Positions 21,156 through 32,482 of a stretch of 64,000 bases of DNA are shown here, piece after piece. Numbering within the stretch: position 1 is the first letter of the stretch; every line of letters starts with the position of its first letter. A model generated the notes under the pieces. It was not told the DNA's origin and did not search any database. It saw nothing but the letters and a program-made list of their open reading frames with translations. Source of the stretch: an uncultured delta proteobacterium (GTDB lineage Bacteria > Desulfobacterota > Binatia > UBA9968); assembly GCA_963728565.1 (NCBI GenBank), contig CAVSLC010000013.1, positions 320,001-384,000 on the forward strand, given 5' to 3'. Both the position numbers and the translations under genes were made by a program.

Positions 21156-22934
21156 TCAGGCAGGAAGAACTCCGTCGCCCTCATCCACCTTTCTCTTTTG
21201 TGTTCCACCCTTCTTACCTCGATTCAGCTCCGGTGGGTCCTCAAGCATCATTTCGTGTTGGGCGCCGCCCGCAGGAATCATTGGATAACAGTTCTCATAA
21301 GGATCGGTATGGATATCCATCAGCACCGGCCCTCTATGCTTCAAGCCGTCTTTTAGCACGGGCTCGACATCGCTCGGCTTTAGCGCGCGCAGCCCCTTGA
21401 TCCCGTAAGCATCCGCCAGTTTCACAAAATCAGGCATCTTCCCCAAAAGACTCGCCGAGTAACGTCCTTCATAGAACAGATCCTGCCATTGCCGAACCAT
21501 CCCATGCACTCCGTTGTTGAGCAGGACGATTTTGACAGCCAGCTTTTGCTCCGCGCATGTGACTAGTTCCTGTAGATTCATTTGGAAGCTACCTTCGCTA
21601 GTAATGCAAAGCACCATTCGATTCGGAAAAGCTTTTTGCGCGCCAATCGCCGCCGGGAAGCCAAAACCCATTGTGCCCAGACCGCCTGAGGTGAGCCATG
21701 TTCTCGGCTTGGTGCCCTTGAAGTATTGCGCGGCAAACATCTGGTGCTGGCCGACATCAGTGGCGACGATCGCTTCATGTTTGGTCAATTCGAAGAGCTT
21801 GTCGATGACAAACTGTGGTTTGATGATCTTGTCATCTTGCTTGTATGACAACGGATGCGCCGTTCGCCATTCTTCGACCTGCTTCAACCAGGGTGCCCGA
21901 GACGCTCTGATCTTGGCAGGATTACCGTCCATGGATCGGAGCATGACGTTCATCTGCCGCAGAACCGCTTTCACATCGCCGACAATCGGGATATGGGCGT
22001 GGAAAGTCTTTCTTATCGAAGTTGGGTCAATGTCGATGTGAACGACGCGTGCCTCGGGACAAAACTCGGAAAGCTTACCGGTCACACGATCGTCAAAACG
22101 CGCGCCGACGGCAATTAACAAATCAGCATGATGCATCGCCATGTTGGTCCAGTAACCACCGTGCATTCCCAACATGCCGAGGGACAGCGGATGGGTGCCG
22201 GGGAAACTACCCAAACCCATCAAAGTCATGGTCACAGGAATTTGTGTGATTTCGGCCAACTCACGGATTTCATCCGCAGCATTGGAAAAAATAGCACCGC
22301 CGCCAACGTAGATCATCGGCTTTTTCGCCTTCATGATCTCTTCAGCAGCTTGGCGAATGTGTTGTTTGCTACCTCCGATTATAGGGTTGTAGCCGCGCAA
22401 GCTGACTTTTTCCGGGTATTTGAATTCTGCTCTGGCTGTACTCACATCCTTTGGAATATCGACTAAAACAGGTCCCGGTCGGCCGCTCGTCGCAATATAA
22501 AATGCTTCTTTGATGATCTGCGCCAGATCATTGACATCCTTGACCAGCACATTGTGCTTGGTGCACGGACGGCTGATACCCACGTTGTCGGCTTCTTGGA
22601 ATGCATCATTGCCAATCAAGTCCGTCGAGACCTGACCCGTGAAGGCAACCAGGGGAACCGAATCCATGTATGCATCGGCAAGCCCGGTGACGATGTTGGT
22701 CATTCCAGGCCCTGAAGTCACCAAAATGACGCCAGCCTTCCCGGTTGCTTTGGCATACCCCTCTGCCATATGGGCGGCGCCTTGTTCATGCCGCGTTAGG
22801 ACCAGCTCGATATCTTTTTGCTGGCACAGTACATCAAAGATTTTCAACACCACTCCACCGGGCAACCCAAAAACGGTTTTGACGCCTTCGCGTCTTAATG
22901 ATTCACAGAATATCTCGGCCCCGGTAATTTTCAT
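21156..22934 (-). CDS. ilvB: Acetolactate synthase large subunit
   Basis: RHEQGAAHMAEGYA, SGRPGPVLVDIPKD, GARFDDRVTG, SGGLGTMGFG, MVRQWQ. Confidence 0.96.
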   Translation of the reverse strand: MKITGAEIFCESLRREGVKTVFGLPGGVVLKIFDVLCQQKDIELVLTRHEQGAAHMAEGYAKATGKAGVILVTSGPGMTNIVTGLADAYMDSVPLVAFTGQVSTDLIGNDAFQEADNVGISRPCTKHNVLVKDVNDLAQIIKEAFYIATSGRPGPVLVDIPKDVSTARAEFKYPEKVSLRGYNPIIGGSKQHIRQAAEEIMKAKKPMIYVGGGAIFSNAADEIRELAEITQIPVTMTLMGLGSFPGTHPLSLGMLGMHGGYWTNMAMHHADLLIAVGARFDDRVTGKLSEFCPEARVVHIDIDPTSIRKTFHAHIPIVGDVKAVLRQMNVMLRSMDGNPAKIRASRAPWLKQVEEWRTAHPLSYKQDDKIIKPQFVIDKLFELTKHEAIVATDVGQHQMFAAQYFKGTKPRTWLTSGGLGTMGFGFPAAIGAQKAFPNRMVLCITSEGSFQMNLQELVTCAEQKLAVKIVLLNNGVHGMVRQWQDLFYEGRYSASLLGKMPDFVKLADAYGIKGLRALKPSDVEPVLKDGLKHRGPVLMDIHTDPYENCYPMIPAGGAQHEMMLEDPPELNRGKKGGTQKRKVDEGDGVLPA

Positions 22935-22961
22935 CTTCCTTCCTTTGTAATTAAAATGTAA

Positions 22962-23192
22962 CTAAACAGTGCTTTGGCGGTAGCGACCGAGGATCTCCAT
23001 AATCTTATCCTTACCCGCCAGTTTCATTTTCTGCAGCCGTTTCTTCTCGACTTCCTCATCAGGAGAAAGATGAAGTTTATGCTGGAATTGATCGAGCTTT
23101 TTCTCCAGCTCTTGATGCTCTTCATAATATTGCTTGAGCTCGGGATCACGATCTAAAAGAGAAGCAATCGCCGTCTTTTCGCTATCCTCCAT
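22962..23192 (-). CDS. DUF465/YdcH-like small coiled-coil protein
   Basis: YEEHQELEKKL...LQKMKLAGKDKI pattern; SD AGGAGG; usual position upstream of ilvB in related taxa. Confidence 0.8.
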   Translation of the reverse strand: MEDSEKTAIASLLDRDPELKQYYEEHQELEKKLDQFQHKLHLSPDEEVEKKRLQKMKLAGKDKIMEILGRYRQSTV

Positions 23193-23234
23193 ATACGAGC
23201 CTCCTTTAATCTTATGAAGTTTTTTGCGCGCCTC

Positions 23235-23263
23235 AATCTACCGTACGGTCTAATCCTTGTCAA
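23235..23263 (-). promoter_or_regulatory. Putative sigma70 promoter of the DUF465-ilvB-ilvN operon
   Basis: TTGACA-17 nt-TAGATT. Confidence 0.65.
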
Positions 23264-23282
23264 CGTAACTTACGCGTAGATT

Positions 23283-24020
23283 TCAACTACTTAAGGTCAG
23301 CTTCATTCGTGATTCGCACTCCGGTCGACGCAAGTACACCGGCGTTAAATCTTCCAACCGAACTGACGAGTGATCGGTAAATTGGCGCTCACTTAAAAGC
23401 GCGATTGAAGCTGCCACCGATGACATCTCCTGGTCATCAGCAATGTAGATTTGTAAATCCGAGACTCGTTCGAGAACATGACCATAAGTGGTCACTCCAT
23501 CGCCGATGAATAAACATGGCGCCGGTTTTCCCAAACTGCGAAGTTCTTCAAGAAAACTCAGGAACGGCATCAACGCATCTTGCGTTATACGCTCAAGTTG
23601 ATTTCCATGTATACGAAATACCGCGGCGTAAACCTCACCCTTGCGGGCATCCAGAATGGGGCACACCCTTCCCTCGAAACCGACTACCCGCGCGGCGATG
23701 GCTTGCAGTGTTGAAATCCCCACCGCCGGCATACCGGTTCCATAGGCAAGTCCTTTAACCGTGCTTAAGCCAATTCGAACTCCGGTGAACGAGCCTGGCC
23801 CGATCGAAACGGCGATGCCGGCTAGCTCACTCAATTCGGTTCCTGCGCGCCGCAGCACCGCGTCGACAAGCGGCAGAATGATCTCTGCATGATTGGACCT
23901 GCCCCCCGATCCCTCGGCGCTTCCTTTCCTTGGGTAGAAGTCCTCCGCAACTAGCCGGCCATCTTCACTGATCGCAACACTTGCAACCGAAATTGACGTA
24001 TCGAGACCAAGAATTCTCAT
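23283..24020 (-). CDS. tsaB: tRNA threonylcarbamoyladenosine biosynthesis protein
   Basis: ILGLDTS, GPGSFTGVRIG, LDARKGEVY, PVYLR. Confidence 0.94.
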   Translation of the reverse strand: MRILGLDTSISVASVAISEDGRLVAEDFYPRKGSAEGSGGRSNHAEIILPLVDAVLRRAGTELSELAGIAVSIGPGSFTGVRIGLSTVKGLAYGTGMPAVGISTLQAIAARVVGFEGRVCPILDARKGEVYAAVFRIHGNQLERITQDALMPFLSFLEELRSLGKPAPCLFIGDGVTTYGHVLERVSDLQIYIADDQEMSSVAASIALLSERQFTDHSSVRLEDLTPVYLRRPECESRMKLTLSS

Positions 24021-25099
24021 CCGCCAGCCGGCTTCTCGAACAATCGGAAAATATCATTGGCGAAGGCAAAGATCATGAGCAGTAAAAGCAAAAAGATGCC
24101 GACCTGCTGCGCCTTTTCGCGATACTTTAAAGAAACCGGCCGCCCGATGATCGCCTCAACGGCAAAGAAGAAAAGATGACCGCCGTCAAGCACCGGGACC
24201 GGTAACAGATTGAGGACACCGAGATTGATGCTCAAGACCGCGAGAAACGCCAGAAAACTTCCGATGCCCTCTTGAGCCTGCTGCCCAGCCATTTGGGCAA
24301 TCAGGATCGGCCCGCCCAAGTTGCGCGGCGAAACTTCTCGCGTAATCATCTTATAGAGTCCGATCAAAGTAAGCTTGGAGTATTCGTATGTTTGTATAAA
24401 GGCTTTGCTGACCGCCAAACCGGGGTCGCCTTTTTCGATCGAAACTTGACTGCCGATACCAATCATCCAGTCTTCTTTTAATTCACCGAAAATATTCTTT
24501 ACTTCCCTTTTCCTCGGTTGAACCGTCATGGCCACTTCTTCGCCGCTTCTCTGAACGCGCAAAGCTAAGGGCTGTCCACCGCTTTGCTTAATCGCGCTGG
24601 AAAGATCGTCCCAGGCCGTGACTCCCTGGCCATCAACGGCGACAATGCGATCACCTTTTTGGACTCCCGCCTGCGCGGCCGGCGAATCCGGTTCAACCGC
24701 TCCAACTAGATTTGATAGGACCGGCACTCCATAAAAAAGAAAGACCACCATCAACAGAAACACCGCGAGTAACAGGTTGAATCCCGGGCCGGCGGCGACG
24801 ATTGCGGTGCGTTTGAGAAGCGATTTATGAGCAAAGGAACGTTCGAGATCGACCGCCTTGACTTCTTCCTCCGGGTCTTCGCCAACCATTTTTACATAGC
24901 CGCCCAAAGGAAACGCGCTCAGAGCATATTCAGTTTCACCCTTCTTTTTCACCCACAGCTTGGGTCCGAATCCAACCGAAAACGTCAGAACCCCGACGCC
25001 TGAGAGCTTAGCAAGAAGAAAGTGTCCGAACTCGTGAAAAACGATGAGCACGCCAAGCCCGACCACCGCCGCTAGGATCGAATAGAGCAGATTTTCCAT
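24017..25099 (-). CDS. rseP: RIP metalloprotease with PDZ domain
   Basis: HEFGH, FSVGFGP, PLGGYVKM, NLLPVPVLDGGH. Confidence 0.95.
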   Translation of the reverse strand: MENLLYSILAAVVGLGVLIVFHEFGHFLLAKLSGVGVLTFSVGFGPKLWVKKKGETEYALSAFPLGGYVKMVGEDPEEEVKAVDLERSFAHKSLLKRTAIVAAGPGFNLLLAVFLLMVVFLFYGVPVLSNLVGAVEPDSPAAQAGVQKGDRIVAVDGQGVTAWDDLSSAIKQSGGQPLALRVQRSGEEVAMTVQPRKREVKNIFGELKEDWMIGIGSQVSIEKGDPGLAVSKAFIQTYEYSKLTLIGLYKMITREVSPRNLGGPILIAQMAGQQAQEGIGSFLAFLAVLSINLGVLNLLPVPVLDGGHLFFFAVEAIIGRPVSLKYREKAQQVGIFLLLLLMIFAFANDIFRLFEKPAGG

Positions 25100-25116
25100 A
25101 TTATCTCCTTAAGTCG

Positions 25117-26265
25117 TCAGTGAACCAGCGACGCTGCCCGTTCTCTCGCCCAGCGATCGACTTCTAGAACATCTTCCACGTCTCGCGCGGGTTGTGATGA
25201 ATGGCCGCACATGGTTCTCTCGATGGTTCGATGAATCTCACGAAAACCGATCTTGCCGGCCAAGAATGCGTCGACCGCGATCTCATTGGCGGCGTTTAGA
25301 ACTGCCGGCATAGTGCCGCCCTGTTTCAATGCATCATAGGCCAATCCAAGCGCGGGGTAACGCTTTTTCTCCACTGGTAAAAAGTTTAGCTCTCCATGAT
25401 CCGTCAATTCCAGAGGCTTCCAACCGCCATCGAGTCGGTGCGGATACGCCAGCGCATAAGCGATGGGAATACGCATATCCGGTATTCCCATTTGTGCTAT
25501 GATCGTGCCGTCTTGATAACGGACCATGGAGTGGACGATACTCTGCGGATGGATCACCACATCAATCCGTGAGGGGTCCATATTGAACTCCCAGTGGGCT
25601 TCAACGACCTCCAGCCCCTTGTTCATCATCGTCGCCGAATCAATGGTGATTTTTCGACCCATCTTCCAATTCGGATGTTTCAACGCCTGGGAAATCGTCA
25701 CACTACCCAACCGGCTGAGCGGCGTTTTTAGGAACGGTCCACCCGAGGCAGTGAGAATCAGTTTGTCAACTTCGTCGCGCTGATTTCCTTCAAGACACTG
25801 AAAAATGGCGCTGTGCTCACTGTCGACAGGAAAGAGCCGAGACTTTGACTTTTTTGCTTCATTAACCAGTATCTCTCCGGCCATCACCAGCGCCTCTTTA
25901 TTTGCAAGCGCGACCTCTTTGCCGGCGCGAGTGGCTTCAAGCGTTGGTACGAGTCCGGCGGCCCCGACAATCGCCGCGAGCACGACATCAACCTCGTTAG
26001 CTGTCGAGACATCCGTAGCGCCTCTGACGCCCCAGCCAATCTCGATAGATTTCTTACCCAGCAACTTACGCAGGCGCGGCACGTCGCTCTCATTTTTGAT
26101 GGCGACACACTGCGGCGCGAATTCTTTAATCTGCGCCGCAAGGAGCTTCAAATTTTCGCCGGCAACCATGCCAAAAATTCTAAATCGGTCAGGAAATCGG
26201 CGCACCAGATCCAAAGTGCTTACTCCGATTGAACCTGTTGAACCGAGTAAAGCGATTGATCTCAT
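25117..26265 (-). CDS. dxr: 1-deoxy-D-xylulose-5-phosphate reductoisomerase
   Basis: [42 protein letters not shown]. Confidence 0.97.
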   Translation of the reverse strand: MRSIALLGSTGSIGVSTLDLVRRFPDRFRIFGMVAGENLKLLAAQIKEFAPQCVAIKNESDVPRLRKLLGKKSIEIGWGVRGATDVSTANEVDVVLAAIVGAAGLVPTLEATRAGKEVALANKEALVMAGEILVNEAKKSKSRLFPVDSEHSAIFQCLEGNQRDEVDKLILTASGGPFLKTPLSRLGSVTISQALKHPNWKMGRKITIDSATMMNKGLEVVEAHWEFNMDPSRIDVVIHPQSIVHSMVRYQDGTIIAQMGIPDMRIPIAYALAYPHRLDGGWKPLELTDHGELNFLPVEKKRYPALGLAYDALKQGGTMPAVLNAANEIAVDAFLAGKIGFREIHRTIERTMCGHSSQPARDVEDVLEVDRWARERAASLVH

Positions 26266-27069
26266 GGGTGAAAGACCTTCAAATATGCAGTCGTAAAAAC
26301 AGCCGGGAAGATGAGACTATCGAGCCGATCCAGCAAACCGCCGTGACCCGGAAGAAGCCTGCCTGAATCCTTCACGGCAAAAACGCGCTTGATCCACGAC
26401 TCAAACAAATCGCCCAGTTGACCCAATACACTAAGCACGCCCTGAGACGATCGCCAACTCGATCCAGCGTAATCCGATGTCGAGGAAAATTCCCACCAAG
26501 GAACCCGCCAAAACACCACCGAGGACGTACCCGACAGCTCCCTCAACCGTTTTCCCGGGACTGATTTCGGGCGCCAATTTTTTGGTTCCGAAGCGACGGC
26601 CAACGAAGTAGGCGCAGATATCGCCTGCCATAATCACCGCGAGGACGAAGAACACCCAAGCTCTTCCATGTGGCAGTCGAAACAGCAAACTCCAATGTGG
26701 CAAAAGATAGCCCAGGTACAGTGATCCCAAAAGGGTCCACGCAAGTCGTGCCAACCGTTCCTCGAGTTGCCGCTGCATGAAAATGTAAATCGAGAACATT
26801 AGGACAAGCAATGGAGCCAGAATCAACTCTCCAGGTGTTAGCTGCGGAAAAAACACTACTGAAGAAACCGCAAGTCCAAAAGCGATGCCGATTATTTGGT
26901 CTCTCGAACGGCCAGGAAAACCCATCGCGAAATATTCACGCAAGGCTCCAAGCGTAGTCAGAAAAACAAAGCCGTGAAATAACCAGGGATCACCCCAACC
27001 GATAAGAACAATTAAAAGCGGTATTCCGACAAATCCGGTAAGCAGCCTTGCCTTAAGATTCGCGTCCAC
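26262..27069 (-). CDS. cdsA: Phosphatidate cytidylyltransferase, split by a 1-nt frameshift near 26441
   Basis: 5' ORF has [23 protein letters not shown]; 3' ORF has [10 protein letters not shown]...[18 protein letters not shown]; position between uppS and dxr. Confidence 0.9.
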
Positions 27070-27832
27070 TACTCCCCACTCTTAGACGAGTCGGTTCGGT
27101 AATCTGCTCATCGGTTCTGCCGAACCGCCTGCGACGGCGTTGATACTCTTGCAGAGCTTGGAAGTATTCTTGTTCACGGAAGTCGGGCCAAAGAGTCGGA
27201 GTGACATAGAGTTCAGTATACGCAATCTGCCATAAGTAAAAGTTACTTATTCGCATTTCACCGCTGGTCCGTATCAATAGATCCGGATCGGGTATGTCGG
27301 GCGTGTCCATATGAGCGGAAACGATTTCCTCCTCGACGTCGCTCGATTGAAACTCGCCGGCGAGGACTCTGCGCCTAATCTTATTGACCATTCGCACGAT
27401 CTCATCTCGGCCGCTATAACTCAGGGCTAAAACCACCGTCATTCGAGTGTTGCGCTGCGTTAACTCTATCACATCCTCCAGGGTTCTGCGGACGTTTAGC
27501 GGCAATCGATCCCGGTTTCCAATCGCCTTTAGCCTGATGCCATAGCGCATCATTTTGGGCTGTTCAGCAACAAGGTAGGTTTCCAGCAACCCCATCAGTG
27601 CATGAACTTCGTCCTGAGGGCGCAGCCAGTTTTCCGTAGAGAATGCGAAGAGAGTCAAAAAAGGAATCCCCAGCTTTCGCGTCGTTTCGACAATGACGCG
27701 AACTGAGGTTTTGCCACGACGGTGCCCTTCGATCCGGCTCTTTCCCTGCAGAGTCGCCCAGCGCCCGTTCCCATCCATGATGATTGCTACATGGTGTGGC
27801 AGCCGACTTCTATCGAGGTCCTTAGAATCCAT
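27053..27832 (-). CDS. uppS: Undecaprenyl diphosphate synthase
   Basis: HVAIIMDGNGRWA, AFSTENW, PDLLIRTSGEMRISNF. Confidence 0.96.
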   Translation of the reverse strand: MDSKDLDRSRLPHHVAIIMDGNGRWATLQGKSRIEGHRRGKTSVRVIVETTRKLGIPFLTLFAFSTENWLRPQDEVHALMGLLETYLVAEQPKMMRYGIRLKAIGNRDRLPLNVRRTLEDVIELTQRNTRMTVVLALSYSGRDEIVRMVNKIRRRVLAGEFQSSDVEEEIVSAHMDTPDIPDPDLLIRTSGEMRISNFYLWQIAYTELYVTPTLWPDFREQEYFQALQEYQRRRRRFGRTDEQITEPTRLRVGSSGRES

Positions 27833-27934
27833 TATTGAGCCGTGCGGGTACTGACGTGTTGAGACAATTGCGCCCCGTATTCGAGCGGAACGCGGCGCAT
27901 CTGAGGCTGGCTGTTCAGCGGAGATCTCCGGCCC

Positions 27935-28492
27935 CTAGACCTCCATGATCTCCTCCTCTTTAGTTTTCAAAACCTTATCGACTCGAGCGATGTAATCATC
28001 GGTGATTTTTTGAACCCGTTCCTGACCGTGTTTGATTTCGTCGGCGGTAATCTCTTTCTTTTTTTCCGATTCTTTTAGATGCTCGATGGCCAAGCGTCGA
28101 TGATTACGCATCGAAACGCGAAACTCTTCGCCGGTTTTCTTAACGTGCTTTACCAAATCCTTACGGCGTTCCTCAGTCAGTTGTGGTATGGGGACCCGGA
28201 TGATCTTGCCGTCGTTCGCGGGAGTCAGGCCCAAGTCGCTCTTGAGAATCGCCTTTTCGATTTCACCGAGCGCGTTTCTGTCAAAAGGCTGAATCACTAA
28301 CAGCCTTGGCTCCGGGGCGCTTAAGGTAGCCAATTGATTCAAAGGAGTAGTAGCGCCGTAATAATCAACCAGGACGCCTTCCAGGAGAGCCGTCGATGCC
28401 CTTCCCGTCCGAACCCTTCCCAATTCTTTGCGCAGAGCCGCAACAGACCCTTCCATCTCTTTTTGTAACTGAGTGAAAATAGCCTCGTTCAT
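27935..28492 (-). CDS. frr: Ribosome recycling factor
   Basis: [29 protein letters not shown]. Confidence 0.97.
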   Translation of the reverse strand: MNEAIFTQLQKEMEGSVAALRKELGRVRTGRASTALLEGVLVDYYGATTPLNQLATLSAPEPRLLVIQPFDRNALGEIEKAILKSDLGLTPANDGKIIRVPIPQLTEERRKDLVKHVKKTGEEFRVSMRNHRRLAIEHLKESEKKKEITADEIKHGQERVQKITDDYIARVDKVLKTKEEEIMEV

Positions 28493-29220
28493 CGTTTCCC
28501 CGCACTTACTAATGTGCCGATTGCTTCACCGGCTACGACTCTCTTAATATTCCCCTTTTCCATCAAATTGAAAACGACAATGGGAAGCTGATGATCCATG
28601 CAAAGTGAGATTGCTGTCGAATCCATTACCTTTAGCTCACGGTTTAAAACCTCGATGTAAGTCAATTCTTCAAATTTGGTCGCCCCTTCGAATTTAAATG
28701 GGTCGGCGTCATAGACGCCTTCCACCTTGGTTGCCTTCAGTATGACTTCCGCGCCAATCTCCATTGCGCGCAGGCTCGCAGTAGTGTCGGTTGTAAAATA
28801 AGGATTGCCTGTGCCACCGGCAAAAATAACAACGCGACCTTTTTCCAGGTGCCGTGTTGCTCTACGTCTGATGTAAGGCTCTGCCACTTGCCGCATTTCG
28901 ATTGCTGATAAGACTCGCGTGGACACACCCAATTTCTCCAACGCGTCTTGAAGAGCAAGGCTGTTGATAACCGTTGCCAGCATACCCATGGTATCGGCGC
29001 TCGCCCGATCCATGCCGATCTCGCTCGCGACGGCGCCCCGAAAGATATTGCCACCGCCGATGACCAATGCCATCTCGCAGCCAATCTCTTTGACTTCCTT
29101 GATCTCTTGCGCAAATGCCTTGACCGTTTGCGCATCGATACCAAACTTCTGAGGGCCGGCGAAAATTTCACCGGTGACCTTAAGAATAATGCGTTTGTAC
29201 TTGAGTTTCGACTCGCTCAT
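28489..29220 (-). CDS. pyrH: UMP kinase
   Basis: [28 protein letters not shown]; ATG at 29220. Confidence 0.96.
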   Translation of the reverse strand: MSESKLKYKRIILKVTGEIFAGPQKFGIDAQTVKAFAQEIKEVKEIGCEMALVIGGGNIFRGAVASEIGMDRASADTMGMLATVINSLALQDALEKLGVSTRVLSAIEMRQVAEPYIRRRATRHLEKGRVVIFAGGTGNPYFTTDTTASLRAMEIGAEVILKATKVEGVYDADPFKFEGATKFEELTYIEVLNRELKVMDSTAISLCMDHQLPIVVFNLMEKGNIKRVVAGEAIGTLVSAGKR

Positions 29221-29239
29221 GCCTTTCTTCCGACGAGCC

Positions 29240-29848
29240 TTACTCCTGCGGTGCTGCTTCGCCCAATTGGTATCGCGAGAAACGCTTAACCTGAATGTTC
29301 TCACCAAGACGGGCTATCGCCTCCGTGAGGATGTCAGCAACTTTTTGGTCGGGGTTCTTAATAAATGATTGCTCAAGAAGACAAACTTCCGAATAAAACC
29401 GATCGATCTTTCCGTCGACTATCTTCTCGATGACCTTCTCCGGCTTACCAGACTCCAGAGCTTGCCGGCGATATATTTCCCTTTCGTTCTCCAAATGGTT
29501 GCTCGGAACCTCTTCCGGTCGTATGTATCGCGGATTAGCGGCGGCAATCTGCATGGCAATATCTTTTAAAAGATTCTGAAACTCGGCAGTGCGCGCCACA
29601 AAATCAGTTTCACAGTTGAGCTCCACCAGAACGCCAATTTTCCCGCCGGGATGCACATACGCGCCGATCGCCCCATCGCTGGCGGTTCGAGAAGCCTTTT
29701 TAGTCGCCGCTGCAAGCCCCTTTTGCCGCAAATAATCAACCGCTTTGTCCAGATCGCCGCCGGATTCGGCCAACGCTTTCTTGCAATCCATCATACCGGC
29801 GCCAGTTTTTTCGCGGAGATTTTTTACCGCAGCCGCACTCACTTCCAT
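29240..29848 (-). CDS. tsf: Elongation factor Ts (short form)
   Basis: [26 protein letters not shown]. Confidence 0.97.
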   Translation of the reverse strand: MEVSAAAVKNLREKTGAGMMDCKKALAESGGDLDKAVDYLRQKGLAAATKKASRTASDGAIGAYVHPGGKIGVLVELNCETDFVARTAEFQNLLKDIAMQIAAANPRYIRPEEVPSNHLENEREIYRRQALESGKPEKVIEKIVDGKIDRFYSEVCLLEQSFIKNPDQKVADILTEAIARLGENIQVKRFSRYQLGEAAPQE

Positions 29849-29851
29849 CGA

Positions 29852-30640
29852 CTAAACTCCTCCCATAGCCGACTGCTCTATCGGCTCCATCTCAGTTGGT
29901 GCCGTCACCGCTGTGGCTCCTTCATCTCCCTTATCTTTGGCCAAGGATTGATCATAGAGCCCCTTACCCTCAATCACTGCATCGGCCATGGATGAACAAA
30001 ATAGCCGAATAGCTCTAATCGCATCATCATTTCCCGGGATCTTGTGATCTACCATATCGGGATCGCAGTTCGTGTCGATCACGGCGATCACGGGGATGCC
30101 AAGCTTTCTTGCCTCCTTTACGGCAATTTCTTCCTGCTTGGGATCAACCACGAAAATCGCATCGGGGAGCTTACGCATCGCCTTGATTCCCCCAAGCGAC
30201 TGCTCAAGCTTTTCCTTCTCCCGCTTCAAGCCCAACATTTCCTTTTTAGTCAACGCGTCGACAATCTTAGGGTCATTTTCCATTTCTTCGAGTTTTCGCA
30301 AGCGATCGATACTCTGGCGAATGGTGGAGAAATTCGTGAGAGTGCCGCCTAACCAGCGGTTATGAACATGAAACATAGCGCATCGCTCCGCCTCTTCCCT
30401 TATGGAATCTTGCGCTTGTTTTTTCGTCCCGATGAAAAGAATGCTTCCACCGGCAGCCGCAATATCGCGGACGACAGCCTCCACTTCTTTAAACATGGTA
30501 ACGGTTTGCTGCAAATCAATGATATGGATTCCGTTTCGCGCTCCGAAAATGTACGGCTTCATTTTCGGATTCCAGCGGCTGGTTTGATGTCCGAAATGAA
30601 CACCCGCCTCTAGAAGTTGTTTCATTGAGATCTCGGTCAT
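29852..30640 (-). CDS. rpsB: 30S ribosomal protein S2
   Basis: [35 protein letters not shown]; ATG at 30640. Confidence 0.97.
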   Translation of the reverse strand: MTEISMKQLLEAGVHFGHQTSRWNPKMKPYIFGARNGIHIIDLQQTVTMFKEVEAVVRDIAAAGGSILFIGTKKQAQDSIREEAERCAMFHVHNRWLGGTLTNFSTIRQSIDRLRKLEEMENDPKIVDALTKKEMLGLKREKEKLEQSLGGIKAMRKLPDAIFVVDPKQEEIAVKEARKLGIPVIAVIDTNCDPDMVDHKIPGNDDAIRAIRLFCSSMADAVIEGKGLYDQSLAKDKGDEGATAVTAPTEMEPIEQSAMGGV

Positions 30641-30656
30641 ATACCTGACTCTCCTT

Positions 30657-30735
30657 CTGGTTTTGCCTCCCCTTCTCTCGACTCCTCCTCGTTCCCTCCC
30701 GGGCACCACGAAGAAGATCAAAAAGGGTGTGAGTT
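30657..30735 (-). ncRNA. rpsB leader RNA (t44/S2 autoregulatory element-like)
   Basis: 5' ACUCACACCCUUUU pairs with 3' GAAGGGGAGGCAAAACC, resembling the conserved CACAC...GGAGG.AUAACC frame of the t44 leader; directly upstream of rpsB. Needs an Rfam cmsearch. Confidence 0.65.
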
Positions 30736-30737
30736 AA

Positions 30738-30781
30738 TAAGAAAACGCCTTCGGCACCCGGCCGGACCGGTCACCGAAGGC
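30738..30781 (-). terminator. GC-rich hairpin with U-rich tail between rho and the rpsB leader
   Basis: GCCTTCGG...CCGAAGGC followed by GTTTTCTT on the minus strand. Confidence 0.5.
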
Positions 30782-30867
30782 TGGAAACACCGATGATTGA
30801 CAATGGTAACCTTGCGTTTTTCTAGCAAAGAACGGCCAAAGACGCAAGGAAAGTAATGAGGCAGATG

Positions 30868-32169
30868 CTACTGGTTCATGGATTCAAAAAATTCTTTATT
30901 GTCTTTGGTACCATGCATCTTATCCAATAGAAATTCCATCGCATCGACAACACTCAGTTGGGATAGGACTTTGCGCAAAATCCAGATTCGATTGAGGTCT
31001 TCTTTGGAAATCAACAACTCTTCCTTTCTGGTTCCAGACTTGTTGATGTCAATGGCAGGGAAAACTCTTTTGTCCATTAAGCGGCGATCGAGGTGTACTT
31101 CCATGTTGCCGGTCCCTTTGAATTCCTCAAAAATAACCTCGTCCATCCGGCTGCCGGTATCGATAAGCGCGGTCGCCATAATCGTTAGACTACCACCGTC
31201 CTCAATGTTGCGGGCAGCGCCGAAGAATTTTTTGGGCTTATGTAGGGCATTCGAGTCGACACCTCCGGATAAAATCTTGCCGCTCGGAGGCACCACGGTA
31301 TTATAAGCGCGCGCCAGGCGCGTGATGCTGTCGAGCAGAATGACAACATCTTTGCCATGCTCCACCAAACGCTTTGCCTTCTCGATGACCATCTCCGCAA
31401 CTTGAACGTGCCGTGTGGCGGGTTCGTCGAATGTTGAACTGATGACCTCTCCATCGACCGAACGTTGCATATCCGTGACCTCTTCGGGCCGCTCATCGAT
31501 CAAAAGAACAATCAGCACAACCTCTTTGTGATTGTTGGCGATGGCTTTGGCGATGTGTTGCAACATCATAGTTTTACCTGTTCGCGGGGCGGCAACGATC
31601 AAGCCGCGTTGACCTTTGCCAATGGGAGTCAACAGGTCAACAATTCGGGTTGTGTAATCCTCAGGCTGATACTCGAGTCGTAAACGTTCGTTAGGATATA
31701 GAGGAGTTAGATTATCAAAAAGGATTTTCTCTCGGGCCCGCTCAGGATCCTCATAGTTAATCGATTCTACTTTGAGCAGGGCAAAATATCTCTCACCTTC
31801 TTTTGGCGGCCTGATGTGTCCGGAGATAATGTCGCCGGTACGCAGGCTAAACCGGCGTATCTGGCTGGGAGAGACGTAGATGTCATCCGGTCCTGGCAAA
31901 TAATTGTAGTCAGGTGCGCGCAAAAACCCGAAGCCATCGGGAAGAGTTTCCAGTACCCCTTCTCCGTATATATGACCATTTTGCTCCGTCTGCGCCTGCA
32001 AGATCGCAAAGATGAGTTCTTGCTTGCGCATATTGGCAGCGCCTTCGATATTGAAGTTTTTTCCAATCAACGCAAGTTCGCTGATTTTCTTTTCTTTTAG
32101 CGCCTTCAAATTCAGCCCATTATCTTCCACAACCTCAGACTCAACAGCGCGAGTTCTACCACGGACCAT
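30868..32169 (-). CDS. rho: Transcription termination factor Rho
   Basis: [59 protein letters not shown]. Confidence 0.98.
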   Translation of the reverse strand: MVRGRTRAVESEVVEDNGLNLKALKEKKISELALIGKNFNIEGAANMRKQELIFAILQAQTEQNGHIYGEGVLETLPDGFGFLRAPDYNYLPGPDDIYVSPSQIRRFSLRTGDIISGHIRPPKEGERYFALLKVESINYEDPERAREKILFDNLTPLYPNERLRLEYQPEDYTTRIVDLLTPIGKGQRGLIVAAPRTGKTMMLQHIAKAIANNHKEVVLIVLLIDERPEEVTDMQRSVDGEVISSTFDEPATRHVQVAEMVIEKAKRLVEHGKDVVILLDSITRLARAYNTVVPPSGKILSGGVDSNALHKPKKFFGAARNIEDGGSLTIMATALIDTGSRMDEVIFEEFKGTGNMEVHLDRRLMDKRVFPAIDINKSGTRKEELLISKEDLNRIWILRKVLSQLSVVDAMEFLLDKMHGTKDNKEFFESMNQ

Positions 32170-32447
32170 AACTATGCCTCTCCTTTCGCTTCCGAAACCA
32201 AGAATCGGATGCAATCCCCTCTGCTTACGACATGTTCACGTGCGATCGCTAAAACTGCATCCCAGATATCAATCTGCCGGGACAACATAGCGGTCAACAC
32301 GATTACAAATGCGGCCTGTCAATATTGCAGGCTCTCGTGCGCAGCAGAACTTACTTTTCGGATCCAAATTAAATCGGAACGGAGTTCAACGGACGACTGT
32401 TATCGTGGGGATCGATTCAGAAACGCTGAATTGGTTAACGTTAGTTC

Positions 32448-32476
32448 ATCCTATTGAAAAGCACTCTGATTGTCAA
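32448..32476 (-). promoter_or_regulatory. Putative sigma70 promoter of rho
   Basis: TTGACA-17 nt-TAGGAT about 280 nt upstream of the rho start. Confidence 0.6.
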
Positions 32477-32482
32477 CCCCGT

